In this document: piece by piece, positions 33,701 through 46,000 of the stretch | Numbering within the stretch: the first letter of the stretch is position 1 | Layout of the letters: each line of letters begins with the position of its first letter | Assembly: GCA_039621445.1 (NCBI GenBank) | Contig: CP154954.1 | Span: 20,508,642-20,572,641, forward strand | Direction of reading: 5' to 3' | DNA length: 64,000 nt | Source of the DNA: Euglena gracilis | Taxonomy: Eukaryota | The notes under the pieces: generated by a model | The model's database searches: none | What the model was told of the DNA's origin: nothing | Seen by the model: only the letters and a program-made list of their open reading frames with translations | Program-made: the position numbers and the translations under genes

Positions 33701-35759
33701 TTACTTTCCCAACTTTCTAAACTGCGGCGCGCCGGGGGGTCTGTCAGCGGCGCCCCGGGCACAGTGGAGATCGAGGACGAGACGGGGGACGTGCTAGCAG
33801 TGCTCCCGAAGGTGATCGATGCCATCGACGGGGCGAAGGCGGCCGGGGAGCCCGCCTACGTGCACTGCGCCGCCTCGGTTTCCCATCCTGGAAGCCCAAT
33901 GCCCGCACCCGGGTTTGACTGACGATGCGTGACCAGGCCAGCACAAAACCCAGGTCATTCTTGCCTACACTCCCGGGCATTCTGAACCCCCCTCCCCCGC
34001 GGTTGGTCAAATTCAGTCTGGTCCAACCCCACCTGCATTACTAAATCCCCAAATGATACCACGGGGTTTGCTCCTTTTCGCCCGAGGTCCCGGTCCAAAA
34101 GGGGGCTATTATTTGGGGGAGTATTCCCTCCTGAAATCTTTTGAAGTCAAAAAATTCGAGGTTGAAAAGGGCCAAAAAAGAAGCCATTTAACGGATTTGA
34201 GGTCAGGAAGAGTGCTTGAAGATGCATTTGCCCAACAAATGTCTCTCAAAAGAACAGAAATACGGGGGGTATTGTTTTTTGGGGGGGGTGGGAACAGGGA
34301 TTTTTTTTAAGTTTGGACCCCCGGGGGGGGGGGGGGGTGGTCGGGGGGGTGGGTCCGGCCGAGCCCCCCCCCCCGGGGGGGGTCCCCCCGGAGGGGGGTG
34401 GGATATACTTTTCGGCGCCGAAAAAATTCTATTTTTAGCACTTTTCGCGATTTTTCGGCCATTTTTTGTGGGTCCCCCGGGACCCCCCCCCCCCCCCGGG
34501 GGGGCCCCCCCCCGGGGGTGGGTGGGTGGGGGGGGGACCCCCCCCTCCCCCCCGGTCTTAAAAAAACCCCTGGGTGGGAAGGGTTGTACTTTTTGCCACC
34601 ACTTCCAGCCCGAGAGGGCCAGTGTTCGCCATCGCCTACGTGATGAAAGAGAAGGGGCTGAACGCCGCTGATGCTACACGGTACGTGGCGGAGCGCTGGG
34701 GCGCACCCAAGCCCCAAAGCTCGATTGAAAGTCCCTTGTCCCCCCCCCCCCCCGATGGTGCCAGACAGCCCCCCCACCCCAATAGTTTCCCCCCTGATAG
34801 TGTCCCATACCCACCCTGTGGTCGAGCTGGGTATGGGACACTGTTGGGGGGGGGCATGGCACATTACATCACAACACAATGCTAGAATTCCGATTCGATC
34901 ACGAATGAGGTATTTGTGTCTTTTTTTGATGTTTTGAAGTAGCCCAGTGCCCTGGATGTGCTTCAACCACCTGACGAAACCTCACTGAATGCAGTTTTGA
35001 AACGCCAATGAACGCAGTTCTGAAGTCCTGAAGGTCACAGCCAGGCTTCTTTTTAAGGCCCCCAAAGGGGCTCCCCTTCGCAACCAGCCCAGCAGGCATT
35101 CCCAGTGGGCAGGGGTCACAAAAAAAAACCCATTAGACAAAACAACAACAACAAGAACAAACCATCATTTCATCGTTCTTGACCCCTGCTTGAAAATTAG
35201 GGATTATTTTGGCAAATATTTTTCAGGTTGGCCTCTGAAAAATACAAACAATACAAACAAAAAATTTCCGATTATATTCTGCCGGTTTCTTTTTTCAGAA
35301 TGTCCGGCTCGGTTCCGGCCTTACCCTGTCCGGGTGTTGTGTGCTTAAAGAAAACCCATGTCTCCAATTGGCGCAAATCAAATGGTTTAGGGAATAGGAT
35401 TCATGGCAGGGCGGGGTGATCCAACAACCAACTCAGGAGGGCCACCCCTCGTGAGTGAAGCCAGACAAACTAACAAAACAAACAACTCATTTTACTTAGT
35501 TTGTGATTCTTCAGTTTTCTCGGTATTTGGTTGTTGATGAGGCTCCCAGCACCTATTTCCCCTGTGAAATAAGTTTTTTTTGGTATTTGCTTTCCCCAAG
35601 ACTCCAGCTGTTATCAACCACTTTCTGTGGGGGCCAGCTCTTTCTCCGTACCACCACTCTCGTTGTTCAGTGAGCTGCCATGGGTGCTTGCTGGCAACAT
35701 TCCCTTGTGACGGTTTCATCGACCAACTGATCACATATGAGAAGCAGCTCCAGAAATAA
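30705..35759 (+). CDS. Dual-specificity protein phosphatase (atypical DUSP-like), multi-exon
   Basis: Exons 30705-30792, 31318-31387, 32126-~32168, (middle unresolved), ~33600-33639, 33763-33884, 34614-34704, 35696-35759. They give PAEILPWLHIG..LNVKTVIN..VEIEDE..YVHCAASVSRGPVFAIAYVM..FPCDGFIDQLITYE (CX5R, AYxM-type and GF..QL motifs). Confidence 0.85.
30793..31317 (+). other. Nonconventional intron (DUSP)
   Basis: GCT-GAGGGC...GCCCTC-CCCCT; the stem pairs +4 with -6; splicing gives EILPWL. Confidence 0.75.
31388..32125 (+). other. Nonconventional intron (DUSP)
   Basis: GCC-CAGGACCACCC...GGGTGGTGCTG-CCGCG (10/11 paired); splicing gives LNVKTVIN. Confidence 0.82.
32865..33265. mobile_element. 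hAT-like MITE, 8-bp TSD ATTGGGGG
   Basis: CAGGCTTTTGCTTAAGG...CCTTAAGCAAAAAGCCTG; second copy at 61163-61532. Confidence 0.9.
33640..33762 (+). other. Nonconventional intron (DUSP), 123 nt, no in-frame stop
   Basis: GAC-CAGAGCGCCGCTGA...TCAGCGGCGCCCCG-GGCAC; splicing gives TYVPVEIED. Confidence 0.72.
33885..34613 (+). other. Nonconventional intron splitting the catalytic Arg codon
   Basis: ATC-CTGGAAG...CTTCCAG-CCCGA; splicing gives C|GA and completes HCAASVSR. Confidence 0.82.
34295..34572. mobile_element. hAT-like MITE, 8-bp TSD GGTGGGAA
   Basis: CAGGGATTTTTTTTAAG...CTTAAAAAAACCCCTG with an exact 8-bp duplication. Confidence 0.88.
34705..35695 (+). other. Nonconventional intron (DUSP)
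   Basis: ACC-CAAGCCCCA...TGGGTGCTTG-CTGGC; splicing gives ERWGATFPCDGF. Confidence 0.75.
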
Positions 35760-38174
35760 GTCCAAAGGGGGCTGGGAACCCTTCCCAGGCTGTATTTTGC
35801 AATGCCGACTCACTGGGCTCATGCGTCAAAAATGGGCCCAGCGCTGCCCCGCCCAGGGTTGACAAGGAGGTCTCTGGGGCCAAAATTATGCGATGATGGT
35901 GCTTTCTACGCTTTCAATGGCGAGTGCCAAAGTAACTTGGGCCACACACATAGATTCACTGAACACCTGTGCGACCCCCCCTGGGGGTGGGTTTTCGAGA
36001 GTGGGTGGGTGGGTCGGGGCCTCTGGACCACAGCCAAAATCGTCCCAAAACGTTCATTTACGTTCAAATTTACGTTCAGCAAGGCCAAAACCCTGACCCA
36101 TGCGCACCCTACCCCTCAGCGGGGGATTGTTTTACTTAAGTCTCAGACCCCCCCCCCCCCAGGGCCGCCCCCAGGAGGGAAGGAGGGAGGGAGGGTAGGT
36201 CATGATCCCCTGGAGGGGGGTCAGATCTTTCCTCCCCCTGTAAAAATACGCACAAAGCGCCAGAAATTTTTGGGGATTTGAAATTTGCCCCCCCAAATGG
36301 CATTTTCGGGCATTTTTTTTCTCACCGACTCTATCAAAAATATTGTGCAATGCACACACAAACACATATCTTATGGCGGGTTCAACCCCCCCCCCCCAAG
36401 AAGGGGAGCAGGGGTGCCTACATCATTTTCAGTTTGGTGACATTGGGGGTCCCCAGGGACAAGCCGAGTGCTTAACCCCCCCCTACGGGGGGCCCTCCCT
36501 CTTTTTTTTGTGCGAAGCAACAAAAAAATTTGGACTCAAGATTGTCTCCCCCAAGCCCCCCACCCCCAAGGTGTGCGTTGCACAGAAATGCTCTCACCAG
36601 TAGGAAGGATGTGGTTGCTTCGGTGCCTGACTGTTGTTCAGTCAAATCCAGCCTGCTCCTCACCATGTTGTCTGCGGCACCTAAGCGCCAAGGGCAGCAT
36701 GCCAGGTAAGCAATGCCGCATGTGCGGCCCCTCAATGACCCCCCCATTGGGTGTCGGCCGCCGTGTCAGTATATGATGTTGTGCGTGTACGGCGTACAAT
36801 GGTGCCTCTGCAGGGTCTGATACTTTGGGGTGGTGGAATGTGGACCATCAAATTAAAGAGGGCTGTCACCGCCCCCCACCTCCCACGCTTCCTCCCTGAT
36901 GCCTGAAATGGTCGGGGTCCCTTGTGAAGCCAGGGTCTCTGGGTCAGGAGGTCAGGAAGTTGTAGCAAACCGGTTCTCGAATTGCCAGGGACAAATGATG
37001 GGCGAGCACCCTGCCGTCACAGCGAGCTCCTTCCGCAGCCTCTCAACCCCTGCCTCCGATAGGCTGAATTTGACCAACCTGGGGGGGGAGGGGGGGGGCA
37101 GGGCAGAACGGGAAGGCCTGGTGGGGGGGGGTGGTCGACCCCCTCCGACACCCTGGTTGTTTGGCCGACTCCCGTTCTGCTTTGAGGGAGGGCCCCTCCC
37201 CGGGAAGGTGGCCCAGACCTGTACTGCGCTGGAAAAACCGGGCCACATACCACCCCCACAAAACTGTCCTCTACCCACTTTTCTCTCACAGGGACCTGAT
37301 AGTCTGGCTCCTGCCCCGTCTCTTGACAGTTTTTCCCCCACATTTTACAGCAATTTCCCACAGTGAAGAAAACTACAAACACTTTTTCCAGGTTTCTGGT
37401 CATGAACATGTGTGAACTTTATTTTGGATTCTTCTGTTGGCGGCAAGCAACTGTCATTTCCCCCTCTGATCGAGACCCCCTCGGAAATTGTCCTCTGGTC
37501 CTGCACTCGCTTGTGCGTCCTCACAATGCGTCCTCACAATGCGTCATCACAATGCGTCATCACAATACGAGGAAAGTCGTCTTTAATAATGAGGAAAGGT
37601 GCTGAAAACCCACCCCAAACACCATGGTCCCCAACCATTACAACGCAAGCTTTTGGGCATTGGCTTCGGAAGTTATCATTGTTTTGCACAATACCTTAAA
37701 GAGGGGACGTGTTTCGGGTTACCTGACAGTTAGGCCCTGGGCCAATCCGTGTCACCCTGGCTCGGTCACCCCCCCCTGGTGCATTGGGACAGTGCTGAAA
37801 CAGGTTGTGTGTTCAAGGATTTCCTTTCTGTCCCAAACATATTTAAAAGTATTCATCTCAGTTTGAATCTTAAGCCCCCCCCCCCCAGTTGTTTGTTCAC
37901 AAAAACAAGGGAACGCCGTCACACAAGACGCTGTATCAGACCTTCATTTGGGCCCTTGTTGCAAGTGTTAGGCCGGATGACCTCCTTCCTGGCCTGACCC
38001 AGAGCCTTTCTCGCGCTTTCTTGCTGGCCTCCACACTGCTTTTCTAACGTTTATTTTTTTTCTTCACTTGTTGCAAGGGGGGAATGAAACTATGTTTCTT
38101 TTGCAGCCTTTGCATTTTTTCGCTTTTGGTGTTTTTCTTGCATGTTTCGAAACAGTGTCCATGCATGAATGCAT

Positions 38175-38381
38175 GCATGTATGTATGTATGTATGTATGT
38201 ATGTATGTATGTATGTATGTATGTATGTATGTATGTATGTATGTATGTATGTATGTATGTATGTATGTATGTATGTATGTATGTATGTATGTATGTATGT
38301 ATGTATGTATGTATGTATGTATGTATGTATGTATGTATGTATGTATGTATGTATGTATGTATGTATGTATGTATGTATGTA

Positions 38382-38418
<37 letters not shown>

Positions 38419-38921
38419 ATGTATGTATGTATGTATGTATGTATGTATGTATGTATGTATGTATGTATGTATGTATGTATGTATGTATGTATGTATGTAT
38501 GTATGTATGTATGTATGTATGTATGTATGTATGTATGTATGTATGTATGTATGTATGTATGTATGTATGTATGTATGTATGTATGTATGTATGTATGTAT
38601 GTATGTATGTATGTATGTATGTGTATGTATGTATGTATGTATGTATGTATGTATGTATGTATGTATGTATGTATGTATGTATGTATGTATGTATGTATGT
38701 ATGTATGTATGTACGTACGTACGTACGTACGTATGTATGTATGTCTGTGTGTGTGTATGTATGTGTGTGTGTATGTATGTATGTATGTATGTATGTATGT
38801 ATGTATGTATGTATGTATGTATGTATGTATGTATGTATGTATGTATGTATGTATGTATGTATGTATGTATGTATGTATGTATGTATGTATGTATGTATGT
38901 ATGTATGTATGTATGTATGTG
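38175..38921. repeat. (TATG)n microsatellite, ~750 bp
   Basis: Seen directly. Confidence 0.98.
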
Positions 38922-39779
38922 TTTATTTAAGCATACACACCCACACACTTGCGTTTTTTTTGCGTTTTCTTGCTCGTTTTTGTATTTTTGTGCCGCTTTT
39001 TTCAAAGTCCACGTTGCATTCTCTCCCCCCGTTTGTTGTTCACTTCTGTGCTCTTGATATTTTCACAATCAATCTTCACATTGTGCGATTTGTGATGAAA
39101 TGCGTAGATGGAGCCCCTCTTTGTTGAAAAATTGAGACAGTAATCATCTCATTAGAGTTTTTGGGGGCAGAAGTAGAGTATTTGCAAAAATAGTTTCACA
39201 AGGGTTTTTTGCAGACCATTCAGGTATGTGCTTCCTCTCGCGCAGTATTGTGCAATCAAGGGCTCTTCAAGAAAAATACATGAGAATTATTGAATCATTG
39301 AAACGTTTTCGGAAAGGGGTGGCAAGTCGACAAACAATTGCATGCGGTGATGGCTCCAGATTAACCCTGAATATTCAACGATTGCTCATTTTGTGGTAAT
39401 TTCCTAACTTTTGCTCTTTTGCTCTTTTGCTCTTTTGCGTCCCCAAACTTTTACAGTCTAATGTGTCCATTTCGAAAATTGATTGAAAATTGGCATGGCG
39501 GCCGTCCACATGACAGGGCAGGGGATGATACTTCGGTCTGCATCGTTGATTCTGATGAATTTGACCCCCTGGGAGGACAAATATCACTGCGCTGGTTGAG
39601 TGCCCTCATTCCTCCTCGCAACAGATCAATGTCATTTCTTGCAATCTGCCCTGTAGCGACCATAACAGCCGATGTGTGATGGGCCCGAAGCGGAAAGGGG
39701 ATCGGCCCTCACGTTGATGGGGAGGAGCCTCCCGCATTTTTTTTGTGGTCCTTTTAATACAATTCGTCTCAGAAAAATC

Positions 39780-39982
39780 TGTGTGCGTGCGTGCGTGCGT
39801 GTATGCGTGCTGTGTTGTGCATGCGGTGTGTGTGTGTGTGTGGTGTGTGTGTTGTGTGTGTGTGTGTGTGTGTGTTGTGTGTGTGTGTGTGTGTGTGTTG
39901 TGCATGAGTGCATGCGTGTGTGTTGTGCATGCATATTGCAAGGGTGTGTGTGTGTGTGTGTTATGTGTGCGTGTGGTGTGTG
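39780..39982. repeat. Degenerate (TG)n microsatellite
   Basis: Seen directly. Confidence 0.9.
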
Positions 39983-40034
39983 GCGTTTTGTCCTAAGTGC
40001 TTCTTGGCCTCAACGTCGGTGCCCCGGCAACCAG

Positions 40035-43000
40035 ACCGCCTAGCGGCCACCCTGCGGGCCTTTGACGCCCACTATGGAGCGGTGTACGGCGGCCGCTGGG
40101 TTGGCCTCAGGCAGGCGATGCAGCGCCTGGGGTGAATCTCATGCACTGCCGCGGTGGCGAGGGGTGGCGGTGGCCACTGTCAGTGTGTTCCTGGGGGACG
40201 GATCGATGGGGACATGCCTCTGATGGGAAAATGTTTTTAGGTAACGATCTAAGCTTGATTATGCATGAAAAAATGTTAAAAAAAGGACTGGGATGTTTAC
40301 TTTTTTTCCTCTTGGTTGGGGAACCTTACTACCCCCCCCCCCCAAGTAATAACCCCCTGGGTATTCTTTTTTTCGCCCGAAGTCCCGGCCCGGGGGGGGG
40401 GAGGGCCATTGTTTGGGCGGGGCAATCGCACCCCAAATTTTTCGAAATTTTTCGAAGTCCCGTAATACGGGCCCAAAACAGCACCCAAAACCACCCTTTG
40501 GGGTCATTTTTTTTTTGTATTTTCTCATGAAATTCAGCATTTTTGGAGGCCAGATGATCCAGAAAAATCAATTTCTTTTCGTATTTTTTTTGTCAGAGAT
40601 TGAGATTTTTACCTATGTTTTCAGGTCAAAATCCGGGTCGTCGGCCCGAGATTGGGGGGAGGGTATTGATTCGGTCGCCGAAGTTGGAACCCGAGCGGGG
40701 GGAGTATTATTTGGGGGTGGTATTATTTGAGGGGAGGGTTTACTTTGCTCTTGAAGCCCCAAACTCCCGGTGTCTTGCAGCAAGAAAGTCAGCCACAACA
40801 CCAAAAAAGAAAGTGGGCCGCACTCCTGTCCTTATTCTCAGCACCGATGGGCCCCATCCCAACCCACGCAGCACATTGTCCGCGTCAACGGCTTTGCCCC
40901 GATGGAGGAGGTGTGTTCTTATCCCAATGACCCGCTGGAACTGTGCCAAAATAGTTTCGACTCTTTGGGTATTTTTCCCTGCTAAAACATGGTAAACGAT
41001 ACCTTAAACGATGCAAGAAGACAGTTCATACTCCGCCCCTAAAACATTTCATGACAGCCGCTGCTGTATTTTTTTGGCACGTGTAAGTGACGGTGTGCAA
41101 TTTGCCTCAGCTGTTTTTTTTTTGCAATTTGCTGTTGTATATTTGTCGTTTGTGGAGACAGAATTGCATTTTACCCCCCCCCCCCCGTCCAACGACCCCC
41201 CCCCCTATGTCCAACGACCCCCCTATGCCCAACGACCCCCCCCCCGGTCAGAGGACACCTTTTCGGACGTTTGATGTTTTTCTGCAGGTGTGTGAAAACT
41301 GGAGGTTTGCCAGCCCTGAAAGGCTTTTCTTCTGCCCTTCTCTTCTACACTGCAGCCCATCGTCCATTAAAATGTTCCCTCTGGGGAGTTTTGTGCATTA
41401 ACGAGCGCTCCACCGGGGAGATAGTGCCTGCGGTTGTTGAAGGAGCTTCACCACACTCCTAACATTCCACCATGACATTTTCGGGTGTTTGCTGGGTTGT
41501 ATGATGGAGTGAAGATGGTTGATGGAATGCAGGGATTGTCGACTGGGTATCTTTGTTTTTTTCCCGATTTTGAAGCAATGTGGATTTTTTCGATTCCAAA
41601 GTGATCCTGTTTGCTGAGGGCAAGAGGGGAACATGGGGCTTGGCACACAGTTTTGGAGGCAAACTGTATTTCACACGCGATGTGCTGCGGGATGATTTCA
41701 TTCCTCCAATTTGGAGGTCCCAAAGATGGAAGAACCGAAGAAAAAGAAGGAAGCTGTACCTGTGGTGGGAAAGGATGGAAAAGTTGTGCAAGAGTTTGCC
41801 GTGATGTGGGATCAGAGAAAGGGTTTCACCAACCGCCCAGTACCCAAAAAAGGGTGACGGAGTGATGGTTGGAGAGACATGTAAGAGAAGCGATGGGAGG
41901 GAAGAGGAAGTTGCGTTATGGTTGCGCCGCTGTGATCCGTTTCGTTTCCGTGACCAGTGTTTTCTGTCACAGAGCCTCTTTATTTACATTGGTCACCAAC
42001 CTTCGTTTGCATTTTCTTTGCATGTTCTCTTGACGTGATCTCCACAACAAAATCGTCCAAGGATGTCAGTTTTGGGTGCTATTTAAGTAAATATTCGTTG
42101 ACAGGGCTGGAAATGGGGGCGCGAAGCGCCGGAAGGAAAACTTTGACCTGTTTGGGGGGGTTTCGGCAAACCTTTTTTCCCGACCCTGTGTCCAATGACC
42201 ACCCCCCCGGTCAGAGGACACCTTTTTGGTCAATACCCTATGTCCAACGACTGCCCCCCCCCCCCCAGTCAGAGGACAGAGCCAGGCACCTATGCCGACC
42301 GCAGCCGACCGCAGCCGACCGCAGCCGACCGCGGCCGACCGCGGGTTTCAGGACTGTCATAGGTGGGGTGCCGACCGCAGCCGACCGCAGCCGACCGCAG
42401 CCGACCGCAGCCGACCGCACAACTTTTTTCTAATTAATGTCAATTATTCAGTGAGAATGATGAATTAGGCTCATTTTTATCCCAGATGTTGAGATTTTTC
42501 TGGCTTATGTGGCTCACGTTGTCACTTTTGGCCACTTTTGGCCACTTTTGGCCATTTTTGGTCGCTTTTGTCCCCTTTTGGCCCATTTGCCACCACAATT
42601 CAACCATTTTGACCGATTTTGACCATTTTTGGCCACTTTTTGCCCATTTCTTGTAATTTTGGGCCATTTTGTCCTGCTCTTGGGCCATTTTGGGCCATTT
42701 TGGGCCATTTTTGACCATTTAAAGCCATTTTCGACCTTTTCTTTTGTTATTTTTGCCCATTTTTTGTTCTCTTTTTGGTCCAATTTGACCATTTTGAGCA
42801 TTTTGCGCCAGTTTGTTGCCAAAAGTGAACAAAAGCTGCTAAAGTGACCCAAATTGGCCAAAAGCAGGGCCATTTTGGGCCATTTTTGGCCCAAAATTTT
42901 TGTTATTTTTGCCTGCTTTGGAACTTTTGGCCATTTTAACCATTTTTTGCCACTTTTAGGCCATTTTTTTTAGGTCACATTTGACTGCTCTTGATGTCAA

Positions 43001-46000
43001 AAGCAACAAACAGACGTTTAAAGTGGCCTGAAAGTGGCCAGAAGTGGGTAAAAATGGCCAAAAGCAGAGAAAAGTGGTCAGAAGTAGGTTAAAGAGGCCA
43101 AAAGTGGTCAAAAGAGGTCAAAGCAAAGCAAAAGCTGGCCAAAAGCAGCCGAAACACAGCAAAAAAGTGGGCAAAAGCAACAAAAGTGACCAAAAGAAAG
43201 CAAAAGGTAGGAAATAATGGGCAAAGGCAGCAAAAATTGACCAAAAGTCGGCAACAGTGGCCAAAAGACAGTCAAAAGCAGCAAAAACTGGCCAAAGGCA
43301 GCGAAAAGTGGCCAAAAGTCGGCAACAGTGGATTGCGTGATTGTGGTATATGCTCATTTTTTGTTGGCCTGCCCCCCACCTACAGCCAACTACTTTGCCG
43401 CCCGCCGCCGACCGCAGCCGACCGCAGCTGACCGCGGCCGACCGCGGCCGACAGCGGCCGACCGCAGCCGACCGCGGGCTAAAATTTGGAATCTGTCATA
43501 GGTGCTTTGACAGAGGTTACCGGTCGTTGGACATAGGGGGGGGGGGTGGTAAAAAAATATCTGGACATTTCCCCTCAGGCGCAGCTCTTCAGACAGGAGT
43601 TCAGCGAAGGTGGTCCTTTCGGAATGCCCCCTTGGGCGCCTGGACGGTGCCGCCCTGCCTTGATTGGCCTCATCGTCAGGTGCCCACCCCCCTCGTTGAC
43701 CTTCCAACGACGATGATTTGGGCTCTCTGGAACCCGTACCTGCGGGGGCTGCCTTTGCCCTTCTGGCCATCTTCCGACCGACTGCCGGCCGGTCACTGCT
43801 GCAGCCTCCCACCCCATCTTTGAGAACTGCCTCATCGCCCAAAAGCTGCCACCAGGGACCCCGACCAGGTGAGCACTGGCCGGAATATCGGTACCAGGTT
43901 GTCGGTTTGTCCCCAACATGGGGCTTACATTGTTTTTTTTTAATGTTAATTTTCTTGTGAATATTGGCCCTGGGAAGCTTTTTTTGCCCTGGTCCTGCCT
44001 GGGGAATTGTTAGGACCTGCAAGAGAAACCGCCAGGGACCTGTCCGGTGGTGGCCGACCGGTTTCCTGCGGGGGTGATGGGCGACTTTTCATGCGTCTCT
44101 GGAACAGACCTCTGTTTAGTGTGTATCGGCAAAAAAAATTTGTGTATCGTGTGTATCGGCAAACAATTTTTTGTGTATCGGTGTGTATCGGCAAAAAGAA
44201 ATTATGCATCGTTTTTTTTTTTGAATTTGTGAATCGGCTTTTCGAAATGAAGGATTTGACACCAAAGAGACTTTCCCATTTCTCAGCATCTCTCCCCCCT
44301 GGCGTGAGGCGGTTAGTGGAAGACGTCAAGAAGCAAATCAGTGCAGCTACAAGCAGCACACCTTGACAGATTCTGTCTGTCATGTGTTGAGCGTCTCAAA
44401 AAAAAGAAGAAAAAACAAAAAATAAAAATTCAAAAAAGGAGAGCCGGGGTATGGGCATGCGCAGATGTATCCGGGCCTCTGCATTTGCCATGTGAGGGAG
44501 TAGCACCCCTCCCCCAACCAGAACAGTAGGGTGAGATTCCCTGCCACATTTTACGGGTTGAGCCGGGGCCAATGTCCACATAGCTCTGTGGCAATGGTGT
44601 CAAAAGCTTAACCCATGTTTTTCCCCCATTTTTGTAAAATTTTGTGTATCGGTGTGTATCGGCAAATTTGTTTTTGTGTATCGGTGTGTATCAGCAAAAA
44701 AGATCGTGTGTATCGGTGTGTATCGCTGATACACATTACACATAGGTCTGCTCTGGAAACAACCTTCCTTTTTGGTCTAGGAGGATTGAACCTTGACCGA
44801 TGCACCTGCACCGGAATGCGGCGGTAGTGTGGCTGCACATCACCCCACAGCACACGTATGGGTGCTTTGCCTGGCCCCACCGCGGTGCCGCGACGGCAGC
44901 CTGTGCCTCTACTACCTGATGGACTTCGGCAGCGTGGTGGCCGCCTGGGCGGTCGGGGCGAAGCCGGGCGACCGCGTCCTGGACCTGTGTGCGGCCCCGG
45001 GGGGCAAGTCGCTCATCCTGGCTGAGGCAGTGGGTGAGGGAGGACGGGTGGTGTGCCTCCAGGGCGGCGGCCGACCATCTGCCGTGTTGGTTCAGGTAGT
45101 TATGCCGGAATGAAAGGTGTCTTTCTCTTTCAAGTGCGATCGCAACTGTGTGTGTATGTGGTGTGTAATCGGTAAGTGAATGAGTGAGTGAGTAAGTGAG
45201 CAAGGCAGCGAGGGGGAGTGAATGCCTGCGTGTGTGTGCGTCCGTGCGCGTGCGCATGTGCATGAGTGAGTGAGTGAGTGAGTGAGTGAGTGAGTGAGTG
45301 AGTGAGTGAGTGAGGGAGTGAGTGAGGGAGGGAGGGAGGGAGGGAGGGAGGGAGGGAGGGAGGGAGGGAGGGAGGGAGGGAGCGAGCGAGCGAGCGAGCG
45401 AGCGAGCGAGTGAGTGAGTGAGTGAGTGAGTGAGTGAGTGAGTGAGTGAGTGAGTGAGTGAGTGAGTGAGTGAGTGAGTGAGTGAGTGAGTGAGTGAGTG
45501 AGTGAGTGTTTGTGTGTAAGGACGTGTGCATGTGTGTGAATTTGCATGTGCTCACGTGGATGTCATGCATTTGTGTTGCAAATCTGTGAACTTGCTTGAA
45601 TCAACACATGCATCAGTTGCATAAATACATTCATGAACAAAAATCCTTTCTGCCACAACATGCAAAAACAACATAAAGTTGAAAAGGTGTCAAGGACGGA
45701 GGAGGGGGGGTGCCAGGACTCGAAGAAACCTGGTGTGGGTACAACTGACTTCCAACTTAGGTCCATTTTTGGGACATTCAGGGGTCAAAAATCGATTTTC
45801 AAAAAAATATTCAAAACCCGCGGGGAATTGAAGGAAACACCTGGGGGGCAAAATTGAAGCCCCTGGGACCGCATAACCACTGGTGGAGACCCAGAAACCC
45901 AGCTGCACCACCAGCCTGAGAAACGGGCCGTCGGGGGTCCAAAACACGGGCCCCCAAGGGGGGACTTGGGCATTTTTTGACCACTGTGGGGGTGAAAATC

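Noticed and set aside
38064-39127. 250-350 aa ORFs (MYVC/HTYI repeats)
   Set aside because: Artefacts of the (TATG)n microsatellite.
42290-43510. TIR element with GCCGACCGCA repeats and (GGCCATTTT)-rich ORFs
   Set aside because: Probably a MITE, but the TIR and TSD are imperfect; the ORFs are low-complexity artefacts.
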